A stretch of DNA of 64,000 nucleotides from Candidatus Omnitrophota bacterium (GCA_003154195.1 PMCS01000008.1:143366-207365), one strand, 5' to 3'; numbered from the stretch's first letter, positions 1 through 10,579 are shown. Numbers and translations are program-made. The notes: generated by a model not told the origin, from the sequence alone.

Positions 1-3000
1 ACAATTTTTTCGACACGGCAATCAGGGCTGAAAGTGTCCTTGCGGGACGGATTATGGTAAACAACGAAAATAGAAGAAAATAGTTTAAAAGAGAAGGTAT
101 TTGCTTCAAAGGTAATTGTTCTTTCTCCCCAGGCAACGGCTTCTTGCCTGGTCGTAAACATCTCGCCTTTTAAAAGCGGAGAAAATTTCAGAAATAAATT
201 ATTATCGGCATCGGTAAAAAACGGCCGCCGGCCCATTGCCATAATAATCCAAATATTAAGCAATTCCGCGGTCGCGCCGCTCAGGCGCGCGACGAATCCT
301 TTACCCCATAACTTATCGTCAGGGTAACAGCTGGAGACAATAAACGAAGAGTTTTCCAGGATATTCCTGCCATAAGTTTGCGCCGGGAAAAAACAAACAC
401 AGCAATTATAGAAATCTTCAAAGAATTCTTTATACCAACCGCTTTTTAATATTTCCAGCAGGTATTTATATTCCATATGCAGCCAAATCGATTCATTCTC
501 CAGCCATCCCGGAACAAAAACGCGGCTTCGCCCGATTTCCAACGGCATACCGGCCAGGGAATCATTTAACCTATACATCTTTAATTTTCGGTCATAAAGC
601 GGCGATTTCTTTACCGCCGCGTATAACTCTTTCCGTTTATCTACGCGCAGCAAACCGACTACGCCCTCCAACGAATAAGGCAAGGGTTTCCTCTCGAATT
701 CCAAGGGAAAAATATTTTTATCTTTACCGCGCCATTTTTTTACTTCGTACATAAAATAAGTCGAATACATCCCGTCTTTTTTGTTATGGGCTTTCTCGAT
801 GCCGGTATTCAATTTAGCGGCTAATTTTGTCAAAAACAAAATCAATCCGGCGACCTCAGTTTTGATCTCCTTACCCGTAAGATGATAAAATGTTTTTTTG
901 CGAAATTTTTCCTTGGCAGTACCGGCTTTATCCCACCATAGATAATCCTTTCTTTTTTCATCGCCGGGATTATAGGCATCCAGAAGCCTTTCTATTTCTT
1001 TCATAAAGGAGAATAATTCCTCGGCAATCGGTATTGTGTTTACTTTTTGATCTTTCAGTATTTTCAAGTTCCCGATTAAAATCAAGCAGGCCCGCTTTAA
1101 ATCAATCGTTTCACAGAGGGATGACCCGAAAAGCATGGGCAAACCATTAAGCGAATCGCACCATCCCGGCTTATCCGCTTCCATCTCCACGCCGATGCCG
1201 TCCGAATCAAGGCTGGCGGCTTTATTTAAAACAAGCGACAGGATCTTGGCAGTTAAGTTAGTTTTGTAAATTTTACCCGTTTTGGTCCTTAAAAAATTGT
1301 TGAATGCCGGACGCCGGGAAATAATATCCGCTTTCTCCTGGACATTTTCCACGCCGTGCCCCTGATAGACTTTACCGTTGCGTATCTGATAACGTCCCTT
1401 CCGGGGATTTACCCGGTATTCGTCATCCCAGAAAAGATAATCTTTGCTTAAAAATAAATCCAAAGCTTTTTCGGGATAAAACAGGAGGTAGCTTTCGATC
1501 AAATCAAGGTTGTAACGCCAATGGTCGATCCAATAACCTTCGCCGAAGCTGGCATAAGGCATGCGCGAGGCATTAACCACAAGCGCGGCGGCTAATTCGT
1601 CTCTTCTTTTTACTACCAGGCCTTGCGCCTCGGCGAGCTTAAAAAATTCGCCGAGATGAAACCCCCCTATCATCAAACCAATTATTTTTTTATCGGCCAC
1701 ACCAAAGCGATTCAAAAGTTTGCTCGCCGCGGCGGCTTTAAAGAATAATTTTTCGCCGTTGACGACCAGCGGATTATACCCGTCTATTTTTATAAGATTA
1801 AGGAAGTAGACAATATTGTTTTTTCCGATAAAAGGATTAAAAAATAAATCCATCCGCCGGTTCTGGTTTATATCGCGGTAGTTTGCCTCGCCTTCGCTAA
1901 AATAAGAAGGCAGGATCCTGAATTTATTATAGTCGCGCTCTAAATCGCCGTGCTTACGGGAAAAAACATAATAGATATCCTTGCTGCCGCCAAACGCGTA
2001 AGGATAGCCCCCTCGTAAAACATTATCCAGATATGAACATTTTATGTACTGGTCGAATTCTTTTTTAGCGGAAACGCAGAAGGCGTTGCTTTTTATTTTC
2101 TCCGTCAATTCTTCGTTTTCTTTATCTTTCTGCTCGATAAAATCAGCGCGCAACCGAGGGAGAAAACCTTCAATGATCTTAGCGTTCAAAGCGGTGCCGA
2201 AAACGCTGTAGAAAGTTCTTTCTTCACCGGCGGCCAGATCCCATTTAAAATGGCTGAACGAACAGGGAGTCTTACCGCAATCGATCTGGCGCAAGGGAAC
2301 TTTAAAATCGTCTTGCCAGAAAGCCAGCGGCGAAGAATAAGAAGTATCGTTTAAAAAAACCGCTTCGGGATCGATAATAAGGTACGGCTTACTGTTAACA
2401 CCGTTATTCTCCCAAAATGAATAATTAAAATTAGCGCCTTCCACATATTTTGTTTCGCTGACATCCTCGGGATCGACAATCAGACGAAAAATCGCCAGAT
2501 TCTCGCGAACCCCGCAACGCATCCACGCCTCCACGGTGCGGGAAAGATATTTGAGGAATACGTCCCTGGTGCCGAAAGGAATTATGCGCGAGTGGCCGTC
2601 AAGTATTTCCAGGCTAGTTTTCTCATTAGAAATGTTGCGCACGCGCAACACCCGCACCAAGCCGCCCACGGGGCAATTTGGCAGGGTAAAATACTTCACC
2701 CGGCAGCGCAAACCAAGCTGGCGGTTAGTTTCTTCTATCTCCAGCGAGGCGCTTCTTATCGTCATATCTTCCTCACCGTGGGGATGAGTGATATGAAACG
2801 GCTCGTATTTTGCCTGTCCGTTGATCTTGATAAAAGTCCTGAAACCGATCGAAGAAACCAGAGCGTAGGCTTTATTCGCCGGCCAGAATTCCGCGATGCT
2901 GGTATCTTTATTCTCCAAACCAAAGCTTATGACGGCCTGGCCCCGGTTGACATAAAAAGCCCAAACCGGGATCCCCCATACGCCCGCTACCCCCGGGAGG

Positions 3001-3080
3001 AAATTAGAAAAAGGATAAGCCTGGTTATAATCATTGATGACAAAACTACCGTCATCCTTTAATTGGTATTGCTCTTCCAT
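1..3080 (-). CDS. large glycoside hydrolase/phosphorylase-like protein, N-terminal ~1025 aa; 3' end lies beyond the window edge
   Basis: My own minus-strand translation from ATG at 3080-3078 reads MEEQYQLKDDGSFVINDYNQAYPFSNF... with no stop seen down to position 1. GGAGGT sits 6 nt upstream (rc of 3086-3091). The supplied track has no ORF >=60 aa in 1-2535, as expected if one long edge-truncated ORF occupies the region. The functional label rests only on loose resemblance to GH94/GH36-type enzymes. Confidence 0.45.
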   Translation of the reverse strand, partial: MEEQYQLKDDGSFVINDYNQAYPFSNFLPGVAGVWGIPVWAFYVNRGQAVISFGLENKDTSIAEFWPANKAYALVSSIGFRTFIKINGQAKYEPFHITHPHGEEDMTIRSASLEIEETNRQLGLRCRVKYFTLPNCPVGGLVRVLRVRNISNEKTSLEILDGHSRIIPFGTRDVFLKYLSRTVEAWMRCGVRENLAIFRLIVDPEDVSETKYVEGANFNYSFWENNGVNSKPYLIIDPEAVFLNDTSYSSPLAFWQDDFKVPLRQIDCGKTPCSFSHFKWDLAAGEERTFYSVFGTALNAKIIEGFLPRLRADFIEQKDKENEELTEKIKSNAFCVSAKKEFDQYIKCSYLDNVLRGGYPYAFGGSKDIYYVFSRKHGDLERDYNKFRILPSYFSEGEANYRDINQNRRMDLFFNPFIGKNNIVYFLNLIKIDGYNPLVVNGEKLFFKAAAASKLLNRFGVADKKIIGLMIGGFHLGEFFKLAEAQGLVVKRRDELAAALVVNASRMPYASFGEGYWIDHWRYNLDLIESYLLFYPEKALDLFLSKDYLFWDDEYRVNPRKGRYQIRNGKVYQGHGVENVQEKADIISRRPAFNNFLRTKTGKIYKTNLTAKILSLVLNKAASLDSDGIGVEMEADKPGWCDSLNGLPMLFGSSLCETIDLKRACLILIGNLKILKDQKVNTIPIAEELFSFMKEIERLLDAYNPGDEKRKDYLWWDKAGTAKEKFRKKTFYHLTGKEIKTEVAGLILFLTKLAAKLNTGIEKAHNKKDGMYSTYFMYEVKKWRGKDKNIFPLEFERKPLPYSLEGVVGLLRVDKRKELYAAVKKSPLYDRKLKMYRLNDSLAGMPLEIGRSRVFVPGWLENESIWLHMEYKYLLEILKSGWYKEFFEDFYNCCVCFFPAQTYGRNILENSSFIVSSCYPDDKLWGKGFVARLSGATAELLNIWIIMAMGRRPFFTDADNNLFLKFSPLLKGEMFTTRQEAVAWGERTITFEANTFSFKLFSSIFVVYHNPSRKDTFSPDCRVEKI

Positions 3081-3337
3081 CAGCGACCTCCTTTAACGAG
3101 CAGATGGTTTATAAAATTTTACCAAATTTTATAAACCATAGCCCCGCCAAAGCGGGGCGTCTGTGAATTTCCCGCCTTTGGCGGGATCCCGCTTCCCTAA
3201 AATAATTATTTAAGGAAGGCGGTGAAAACCCCGCCCTTTTGGCGCTATCGGCAAATTAAACTTTTATTTATAATAACCACCTTAAAATTATAATAAATCG
3301 CTTCTCTACCTAGCTACCCAGCCAAAAGGGCGGGGTC

Positions 3338-3396
3338 TAATTCGACTACCACCTCACGCTTCGCCGTTCGGGCTCGCGTTCGGTGAAGTCTCATTA
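3338..3396. repeat. 58-nt structured repeat, copy 1; overlaps the 3' end of the GT2 gene
   Basis: taattcgactaccacctcacgcttcgccgttcgggctcgcgttcggtgaagtctcatta. Preceded at 3110-3337 by a cluster of small GC hairpins of the form ccccgcc-aaag-cggggc. Confidence 0.65.
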
Positions 3397-4543
3397 GAAG
3401 CTTGGCTCGATGCAAAATGTGCCGTTTTTTAAAGACCCTTTCACGCCGCCTTTGATAAATTCCAGATTAGTCAGGTATTTCATCTTTAAAAATTCCGGCC
3501 ACTTCCAATACGGCTCGATGTTAAACGCCGAGATGACAAAATGAAAAGCCGTCCATAAAGTTGGCACCAGAAATAACCAACTTAAAAACCGCCATATTAT
3601 CGCGCCCAGCCAAATCCATTGAAAAACAAATGACAGAAGAAACAAAAAACCAAAAAAATGCATCAGTTGGAAATTGCCGATATAAATAAATCCCTTTATC
3701 GGAAAGGGAATCCTTATTATCGGCATCTGGGGCCATCGGCCCATAAACTGCAAACATAATTCCATGTAATTTTTGGCGTGCGCCTTCAGTAAAACCGGAT
3801 GGGCCGCGCCGTAAGACTGCCAAACCCGGCGTAACGCTTTTAAATCGGCGCGGTGCATATGCTCCGCGGACGCCTGGGGGCAGAAATAAAATTTCCATCC
3901 TTTATTGCGGCTGCGAATACCAAAATCCATATCTTCTCCCGTAGGTAAATCCCAGAATTTCCTTCCGTTATCGTCGATTGCTTTCTTGCGGTACGCGACA
4001 TTGGCGGTGACAAAAAAATAAGCCCGGTGGCCGCATATCTGCGTAGGCGTATAATCATCAAGGTCGGGGTAATAACCTTCCTGCAGATTTCCGTAACGCC
4101 AGGATACGCGGTTAAACCCGAAAGCTTCGCAGAAAATTTCTACAAGATTTTCCTTATCCACGCGGCGCGTCAGGATCTCTCCTCCCACAGCGCCGATTTT
4201 TTCGTCTTTGGCGAACACCGCGAGTATTTTATAAATCCAATCCTTACAAGGGGTGCAATCGCCGTCGGTAAAAAACACAAATTCTCCCCTGGCTTCCTGT
4301 AAGGCGCGCGTACGGGCGAAACCGGGTGAAGGACATTTGGGTATTTCCACCAATTTGATATAAGGATGCTCCTTTTGATAATCCTTTATTATGGAAATGG
4401 TCTTATCGGTGCTACCTCCATCCGCAAAAATAAGTTCCATCTTCACGCGGGGATAATCGATATTCATCAGATATTCAAAAGTAGTAACGATGGTTCTTTC
4501 CATGTTGCGAACAGGAACGATAATGGAAATAAACGGCTCCATG
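3394..4543 (-). CDS. family 2 glycosyltransferase with C-terminal transmembrane segments
   Basis: Track ORF 3394..4596. Internal Met MEPFISIIVPVRNME... at 4543 has a GGAGGAGG SD 7 nt upstream, so the start is trimmed to 4543. GT2 signature IIVPV...DGGSTD...FTDGD. Confidence 0.7.
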
Positions 4544-4592
4544 CGATACCTCCTCCAAATCCCTGTTTCACAGGAATTTATTTGCGCTAATA

Positions 4593-5225
4593 TCAACCCA
4601 TTAACATTTTCAACGAAGAAATAATTTTTACTATTTTATATTTCTTTACTTCGCTCAAGTTGCTCGAACCGCCCCGGACATACACAAAATCTATCCCCGC
4701 GGCCTGAGCGGTACGGGCATCGATAGCCATATCGCCCACATAAATACTATCTTTTTTTGCTACCCTGAATTTTTTAACGATAACATTCAAAATCTTCGGC
4801 TTGGGCTTTAAGCTATTTATCTGGTCGGCGCATAGCACATAATTAAAATACTTCTTTATGCCCGTTGATTCAAGGATAATCCCGGTAAACTGGCTTGGGC
4901 GATTGGATGCCAGAGCAACAATCTTACCTTGCTGCTTCAACGAAAAAAGTACGCCCCCGGCAAACGGCAGGCACCTTGCGTACTTAACTAAAGATTTTCG
5001 ATGATGGCGACGATATATGCGTAACGCGGCGTTCCTGTGTTTTGCGGGGAAAAAAGCTTTTATAAAAAGTTTATCGCCTTTGCCGACCGTACGTTTAACC
5101 TCGCGGTAGCTTACTTCGGAATACCCGAGTTTTGTTAAAGTAAAATTAAGGCTTTTTTCTATGGCTTCATAGGCATCGACTAAAGTTCCGTCTAAATCAA
5201 AGATGAATAATTTTTTATCGTGCAT
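4593..5225 (-). CDS. HAD-superfamily hydrolase (phosphoglycolate phosphatase-like)
   Basis: N-terminal FIFDLDGTLVD (HAD motif I) and a C-terminal GDMAIDARTAQAAG-type motif; 210 aa. Confidence 0.7.
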   Translation of the reverse strand: MHDKKLFIFDLDGTLVDAYEAIEKSLNFTLTKLGYSEVSYREVKRTVGKGDKLFIKAFFPAKHRNAALRIYRRHHRKSLVKYARCLPFAGGVLFSLKQQGKIVALASNRPSQFTGIILESTGIKKYFNYVLCADQINSLKPKPKILNVIVKKFRVAKKDSIYVGDMAIDARTAQAAGIDFVYVRGGSSNLSEVKKYKIVKIISSLKMLMG

Positions 5226-5769
5226 CTCTTAAATTTACATGCGCCGATACAGCCGCGGCAGTTAATATTTTTAATAACTCCGGCGCGATAAACGGCAGTA
5301 ATCCGGCGCTAATCGCCGCCATAAGCGAAAAATGGTATAAGTTAACCAGCCACGCCAACCCTAAACAATAGACAATTACGTTGACAAAAATGAAAAGAAA
5401 AAATAGTTTCATAAAAGTTGCCGGCTTAGGCAAAAAACTCGGGGCGATGGCCGCGGCGGCAAGGAACCCCAGGAGATAACCGCCGGTGGGACCGGAAAGA
5501 TAAAGAAAACCGCTGCCGCCGTTGGTAAAAACCGGCAATCCTAAAATACCAGCAGTAAGATAAAAAGCCTGGGGCAGAAACGCCTTATTTTTTAGAAAAA
5601 CTATGCTCAAACAAACTATCAGCGTCTGTAGAGTTATCGGCACCGGCGTAAAAAATAAAGGGATGCGGACATTGGCGGAAAGCGCCATAAGGAAAGTAAA
5701 AATACCGACTAAAACAACATCGCGGGAAAGCATTTTTTTTTGGTCTAGCGCAACAGCTTTCATAAACAA
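5215..5769 (-). CDS. bioY: BioY-family biotin transporter substrate-specific component
   Basis: 184-aa polytopic membrane protein with PITLQTL...GGSGFLYLSGPTGGYLLGF, the characteristic BioY core. Confidence 0.7.
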   Translation of the reverse strand: MFMKAVALDQKKMLSRDVVLVGIFTFLMALSANVRIPLFFTPVPITLQTLIVCLSIVFLKNKAFLPQAFYLTAGILGLPVFTNGGSGFLYLSGPTGGYLLGFLAAAAIAPSFLPKPATFMKLFFLFIFVNVIVYCLGLAWLVNLYHFSLMAAISAGLLPFIAPELLKILTAAAVSAHVNLRDAR

Positions 5770-6103
5770 ATCCTCCTTTACTAAATAATAAGTATTATCT
5801 TAATATTTGGAACAACCATAAGGAATTTAATTGTACCATAGGTAAAAAAAAAATGAAGCAAATTATCGAAAACGTTTACCCTTAATATCCTTGTTTTTTA
5901 ATACCCTGGCATGCTATATTTTAATAATTTCGCGGGAAATCAACGGGGGCAGGATGTTTTCAGGATAGAAAAGCGTTGCGTCCGTTAGGCCGGTTAGACC
6001 TGTTGTGTCCATTGAGCCAATTTAGCCTGTTAGAGGGTTTTAAACGCTACGACCGGCCAAACTGGCTCAACCAACTAAATGGGCTCAACCAGCCTACCGA
6101 TTT

Positions 6104-7219
6104 TCACTTAATTTTCTTATAAATACGCGGTATCCGGGACGATAAGCAAGTAGTTATTTCGTAAGGTATCGTACCGGCCCAATCCGCTAAATCGCCGGCG
6201 GAAATTTCCCGCTTACCTTTTTTGCCGAGTAAAACAACTTCCTCCCCGGCTTTAATATCCTTGCGGCCGCCTAAATCAACCATGGTATGATCCATACAGA
6301 CCCTGCCCGCCACGGGGAAAAGGCCGTCTTTTATTATCACTTTGGCGCGGTTGGACAAAATCCTCTGGTAACCGTCGGCGTAGCCTACCGCCAGAGTAGC
6401 GATACGCGTCTTTTTCTTTGCCGCATAGGTCCGGCCGTAGCTGACCGTAGCTCCTTCAGCAATATCCTTAACAAAAATTACCCTGGTTTTCAAGGAAAGG
6501 ACCGGCACAACCGCCAGTTTAGCCCGCGGCGCCGGCTTAATCCCGTATAAAATAAGGCCGGGCCGGACTAAATTTAAATAGCTTTCCGGAAAATTGACGA
6601 TTGCCGCGCTATTGGCGCAGTGAATATACTTAAAATGGATATTTTCTTTTTTAAAAGCTTCGACTAAAGCCGCGAACAGCGCGATTTGCTGCTTGGTAAA
6701 CGCCTTATCGGCATCGGCGGCGGGAAAATGCGTATAGATACCTTCCAGCCGGATATTCCTTAGTTTTTTTAAATCTAACACAAAATCAAAAACTTCCCGG
6801 CAATTTAACCCCAGCCTGCCCATGCCGGTATCGACCTTTACATGGCCGGGCATGATTACCCCTTTATTTTTTGCTTCTCGATTTAACGCGCGGGCAAAGT
6901 TTATATCGACAATGGTAGGGGTTAACCGGTACTGGATAAAAGCGGACGCAAACCGCGGCAGGATTGCTGTAAGAATCAAAATCGGTTCGTTAAAATTTTG
7001 ACGGCGCAGAATAACGGCTTCCTCGATACTCTCCAAACCAAAGAAATCCGTCTTCATCCGGGATAATTCTCTCGCTACCGGCAAAAGGCCATGGCCATAG
7101 GCATTTTGTTTTACCGTAGCGATGATGCCTGTTTTATTGCCGATACGGCGCTTGATCGCCCGGAAATTATCTCTTAAAGCCTTAAGGTCTATCTCTATCC
7201 ATAACGGACGATACATCAT
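6104..7219 (-). CDS. alr: alanine racemase
   Basis: 371 aa with the PLP-binding motif VKQNAYGHG and a C-terminal racemase domain. Confidence 0.85.
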   Translation of the reverse strand: MMYRPLWIEIDLKALRDNFRAIKRRIGNKTGIIATVKQNAYGHGLLPVARELSRMKTDFFGLESIEEAVILRRQNFNEPILILTAILPRFASAFIQYRLTPTIVDINFARALNREAKNKGVIMPGHVKVDTGMGRLGLNCREVFDFVLDLKKLRNIRLEGIYTHFPAADADKAFTKQQIALFAALVEAFKKENIHFKYIHCANSAAIVNFPESYLNLVRPGLILYGIKPAPRAKLAVVPVLSLKTRVIFVKDIAEGATVSYGRTYAAKKKTRIATLAVGYADGYQRILSNRAKVIIKDGLFPVAGRVCMDHTMVDLGGRKDIKAGEEVVLLGKKGKREISAGDLADWAGTIPYEITTCLSSRIPRIYKKIK

Positions 7220-7295
7220 AAAGGTTCTTTTATATTTAAGCTGCGCTTAGCGCTCAAAGATTGTGCGCCTCCGGCGCGGGGAGTTGAATGGTTTC

Positions 7296-7495
7296 AGCGA
7301 TGTCTTCGCTCATAGGCAATTTCCGGGCGGTAAAAACCTGCAGGGATTTTGGTGGCTGCGTAACTCGGTCTTGATATTGTTAATATCAAGACCTCAAACA
7401 CCCACAGCCATCCCGGCTTCGCTTCGGGATTCCCAAAATCCCTTCAGCTTTTTACCTAAAATTGCAAATTCGCTCAGCCCTCGCTGAAACCATTC
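7296..7495. repeat. 200-nt foldback element with nested inverted repeats
   Basis: Perfect 15-bp outer IR: gaatggtttcagcga (7296-7310) / tcgctgaaaccattc (7481-7495). Nested arms ggtaaaaacctgcagggattttgg / ccaaaatcccttcagctttttacc. Central perfect palindrome ggtcttgatatt-gtt-aatatcaagacc (7368-7394). Confidence 0.6.
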
Positions 7496-7593
7496 TGGAA
7501 ATAAAAGGAAAAAACAAAAAATCTTTTATTTTTCCCTCTTTTATCCCAGGCCAGCGGACAGATGTTTATTTTTTGCTGCACAAAAAATAAACA

Positions 7594-8142
7594 TTATTCC
7601 TGCCAGAAATTATATTTTTGCCCGGTTTTAGAATCGATCACGATATGCCTATCGGGGGAAAGTTTCAACGAATCATGTATGCTGTTATCAAAAGTATAAA
7701 GCTCAACCTGTTTTCCCTGGCGCTCTTTGACCTCTGTGATAACGTCGGAAAAATCGGAGTCGCCGGAGATCAAAGCCGCGATATCATAATGGTCCATGAA
7801 AGCTTTAGAAAGCATATCCAGCGCGATCTTGACATCAAGGCCTTTCTGAACCCATATTTTCCCCATACGCACCAACCGGCCTAATTTAAAATCGAAATAA
7901 GGAATATTTTTCTTTAAATTAGTAAGGTATTCGTGCTGCTCATGATAAGTCTGGACGTTTTCATCCCGGCTGAGTTCTGCCGAATAATAATAGCAACGCT
8001 CTAAAGTCCGATGGGCGGTTATCCATCTTATAATATTCTGCCAATTTATATCTTTCAACCGCACCGTACCTCTCGATCCACGCATATCCTTCATTTTCTG
8101 GATTAAATACTCCGCATCGATAAAAATCATCAAACGGTTCAT
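7594..8142 (-). CDS. NYN-domain protein (LabA/DUF88-like putative RNase)
   Basis: 182 aa; IFIDAEYL...[32 protein letters not shown] matches the NYN/LabA pattern. Confidence 0.55.
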   Translation of the reverse strand: MNRLMIFIDAEYLIQKMKDMRGSRGTVRLKDINWQNIIRWITAHRTLERCYYYSAELSRDENVQTYHEQHEYLTNLKKNIPYFDFKLGRLVRMGKIWVQKGLDVKIALDMLSKAFMDHYDIAALISGDSDFSDVITEVKERQGKQVELYTFDNSIHDSLKLSPDRHIVIDSKTGQKYNFWQE

Positions 8143-8520
8143 TTTTCACTCTCCTTTATTTTTGCCGCGCAAAAAATAAACAACAGCCCTTTGTAACTTT
8201 ATAGTAATTATACCAAATTATTGGACATTCGGGGAGTTTTTTCGAGTTTTCGACTACCCATAGAATACTGGAATTTTTTTATAAGAAGGGAATGCGCGCG
8301 GGCAAAGCGATGCTATAGGGCTAAAAACTTTTTGTTTATTAGGCTGGTTTGTTCAACGATTGGCTTGAGTTAAGAAAATGCCCCGTACCCACGTCAGGAA
8401 TTACAGGGCAAGGCAGAACCAAAAACACAGGATTCCGGCTCTGCCGGACAGGAGGGGAAACCAGGGTATACCCCCATACCACCCACAGATGTGGATATGC
8501 TGTTTTGGCCGGATTTAGCT

Positions 8521-8901
8521 TCAGGCTTGGGTGGTATTGGCCCTTACCCAGGCGTCGTAGGCGCGCTCTAAAATTTCGATTTTTACCTCGGGCGAAAAAT
8601 CGACTAATTTTATCCCCGCCTCCCATCTTCCGGCAATAAACTTTTTCCACATAACTTTGCCGATGGCAGGGACAAAAATTTCTTTTTCCGGCCGTTGGAT
8701 TTTAAGCTCGACCGATGACTCGGGCTCGAAATCGAACTTTTCAAAAGCGACCCTTGCGCCTTGCCGGGAAAAATCCATAACCATGCCCGAAGCGCTCTCT
8801 TTGTTCTCGCCTCTCGCCTCAACCTGCAACGCCACATTAAATCTTAAAAATTTTCTGTTATTCATGAATACTAATGTATCACCGACATACGAAAAAGTCA
8901 A
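8521..8901 (-). CDS. PilZ-domain protein (c-di-GMP receptor-like)
   Basis: 126 aa; RKFLRFNV (RxxxR) followed by DFSRQGARV (D/NxSxxG) are the two PilZ signature motifs. Confidence 0.55.
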   Translation of the reverse strand: MTFSYVGDTLVFMNNRKFLRFNVALQVEARGENKESASGMVMDFSRQGARVAFEKFDFEPESSVELKIQRPEKEIFVPAIGKVMWKKFIAGRWEAGIKLVDFSPEVKIEILERAYDAWVRANTTQA

Positions 8902-9026
8902 GTGTTTTTTTAAAATATTTTTTCATATTACTCACCTATCGAAAAGCTGAGTTTACGTATAGCTTTTTTATAATCCAGCACGTTCAGTATCGCCGGATTA
9001 TTCAAGTGGAACGAAACCGCTTTCAT

Positions 9027-9644
9027 CTAGAATCTATGTTCTTTTTTTTCCAGTAATCTCCGAATATTTTCTTTATGCCGCAAGATAATAAAAAAAGAAA
9101 GAACAAAAGAAAATACTTTGACTTCAAACGGCAGGTTAAAAATCCAGGATAAAGAAAGAAAAACAATAACCGCAATAATCGACGCCAGGGAAACGATACG
9201 CGTAATTAATAATACAACTATCCACGCGGCCAAGGAAAATATAAGTACAGAACGTAAGCCGCTTGCCGCAAAGCCCAACCCCAGGATAACCCCTGCGCTC
9301 GTAGCCACGCCCTTGCCGCCTTTGAATTTCAAAAAAAGAGGCCAGTTATGGCCGCAAACTGCCGCCAGTCCGGAAAGAATTAACGCACTTATTGAAATAT
9401 CAGAAAAAAGCAAACGCGACACAACAACCGCCAAAAAACCCTTCAAAAAATCCAAAATAAAAACCAGAATTCCCCAGGGCTTACCGACTACCCGTAAAAC
9501 ATTAGTCGCGCCGATATTGCCGGAACCAAAATTACGGATATCAATACCTTTGACCAAGAGAGCGACGATAAAACCAAAGGGAACACTGCCTAAAATATAA
9601 CTAGCCGCGGCTACTGTCGCGGTTGTTATTACCGATTCTATCAT
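9027..9644 (-). CDS. plsY: glycerol-3-phosphate acyltransferase PlsY
   Basis: 205 aa; ILGSVPFGFIVALL...FGSGNIGATNVLRVVGK, the classic PlsY N-terminus. Confidence 0.85.
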   Translation of the reverse strand: MIESVITTATVAAASYILGSVPFGFIVALLVKGIDIRNFGSGNIGATNVLRVVGKPWGILVFILDFLKGFLAVVVSRLLFSDISISALILSGLAAVCGHNWPLFLKFKGGKGVATSAGVILGLGFAASGLRSVLIFSLAAWIVVLLITRIVSLASIIAVIVFLSLSWIFNLPFEVKVFSFVLSFFIILRHKENIRRLLEKKEHRF

Positions 9645-10173
9645 TTATAGCCCTTACTCCTCGCGCGAAATAAGCGATCCCGGAGATTAATGTAAATATC
9701 GCGGCGGCAGTCCATACAATTTGAGCAAAAGGAAAATCCAGCAACACACAAAAAATAGTCATCATCTGAAAGAAAGTAGTCAACTTCCCCCACATGGAAG
9801 GGGCAATGGGAAGTTCTATTTTCAGAAAATAAATTATAAAAAAACCTAAAAGCATTACGGCGTCGCGACTTACCACCACAAGCACGATCAACAAAGGTAT
9901 TTTAAAATCCAACAGGTATAAAGAGATAAAAGCGGTGACAAGCAATAATTTATCGGCAAGCGGATCGATGATTTGCCCGAGCTCAGATTTTTCTTTTTTG
10001 ATTCGCGCTACTAAACCGTCGAAAAAGTCGGTCAATACGGCTAAAGTAAATACTCCCACGGCAAAATATTTAATTGCGGGGTTATAGGGATTATGCCGGG
10101 AATAGATAAGCAAAGAAACAAACGCAGGTATTAGAATAATTCTTACTGAGGATACCTTGTCGGCGAAAGTCAT
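9601..10173 (-). CDS. pgsA: CDP-diacylglycerol--glycerol-3-phosphate 3-phosphatidyltransferase
   Basis: 190 aa; CDP-alcohol phosphatidyltransferase motif DFFDGLVAR...GQIIDPLADKLL. Overlaps plsY by 44 nt, so the plsY start may be further inside. Confidence 0.8.
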   Translation of the reverse strand: MTFADKVSSVRIILIPAFVSLLIYSRHNPYNPAIKYFAVGVFTLAVLTDFFDGLVARIKKEKSELGQIIDPLADKLLLVTAFISLYLLDFKIPLLIVLVVVSRDAVMLLGFFIIYFLKIELPIAPSMWGKLTTFFQMMTIFCVLLDFPFAQIVWTAAAIFTLISGIAYFARGVRAINDRIGNNNRDSSRG

Positions 10174-10188
10174 ATAATGTTTTATTTA

Positions 10189-10288
10189 AAACGGTTACTA
10201 TTAGTTACAAAAGGTTACGAATGGTTACCTTAAACAGAAGACAAACAACAATTACCCGTAACCATTAGTAACTATTAGTAACCTTTGC
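10189..10288. repeat. imperfect ~35-bp-arm palindrome built from GGTTAC/GTAACC repeats
   Basis: aaacggttactattagttacaaaaggttacgaatggttacc ... ttacccgtaaccattagtaactattagtaacctttgc; the arms are near reverse complements. Confidence 0.6.
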
Positions 10289-10295
10289 TTTTAAA

Positions 10296-10520
10296 TTACT
10301 GCCCGACCAACTGCGCGTCGTCATACGGACAGTTGGCAAGAAGCCCGTCGTCGTATACACGCAAACATTCCGGGCACTTTTTTGTTTTTGTAGCCTTCGC
10401 GCACGCTCGCCGGTCTTCTCCTGCCGACTGCACCGTTATGCAACCGTTCATAAAGATGATGCTCAAGCCTAAAACCACGATTACCAACCGCGATTTTTGC
10501 CCTCGAATGATTTTATTCAT
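10296..10520 (-). CDS. small Cys-rich putative lipoprotein (6 Cys, CPEC motif)
   Basis: 74 aa; N-terminal hydrophobic segment ending in a lipobox-like FMNGC, then CAKATKTKKCPEC...NCPYDD. No recognisable family. Confidence 0.4.
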   Translation of the reverse strand: MNKIIRGQKSRLVIVVLGLSIIFMNGCITVQSAGEDRRACAKATKTKKCPECLRVYDDGLLANCPYDDAQLVGQ

Positions 10521-10579
10521 GTCATCTTTCTCGTCCTACGCCCCAGCGAAGCGGACGTCCTACATCCTACGGTATTTAT

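Noticed and set aside
2536-3062. Track ORFs 2536..2787 and 2592..3062 on the plus strand
   Set aside because: They lie antisense inside the long minus-strand glycoside-hydrolase-like ORF that I could translate continuously from 3080 to the window edge; they have no SD and odd composition.
3521-4590. Nested or antisense ORFs inside the GT2 gene (3521..3898, 3840..4061, 4027..4302, 4366..4590)
   Set aside because: They are fully contained in a gene with clear GT2 motifs and are non-protein-like.
8340-8520. SRP RNA (ffs) call
   Set aside because: Only fragments of the domain IV consensus match (GTCAGG, CAAGGCAGA); the GGAAGCAGC/GNRA core is missing. Left as an unassigned possible ncRNA.
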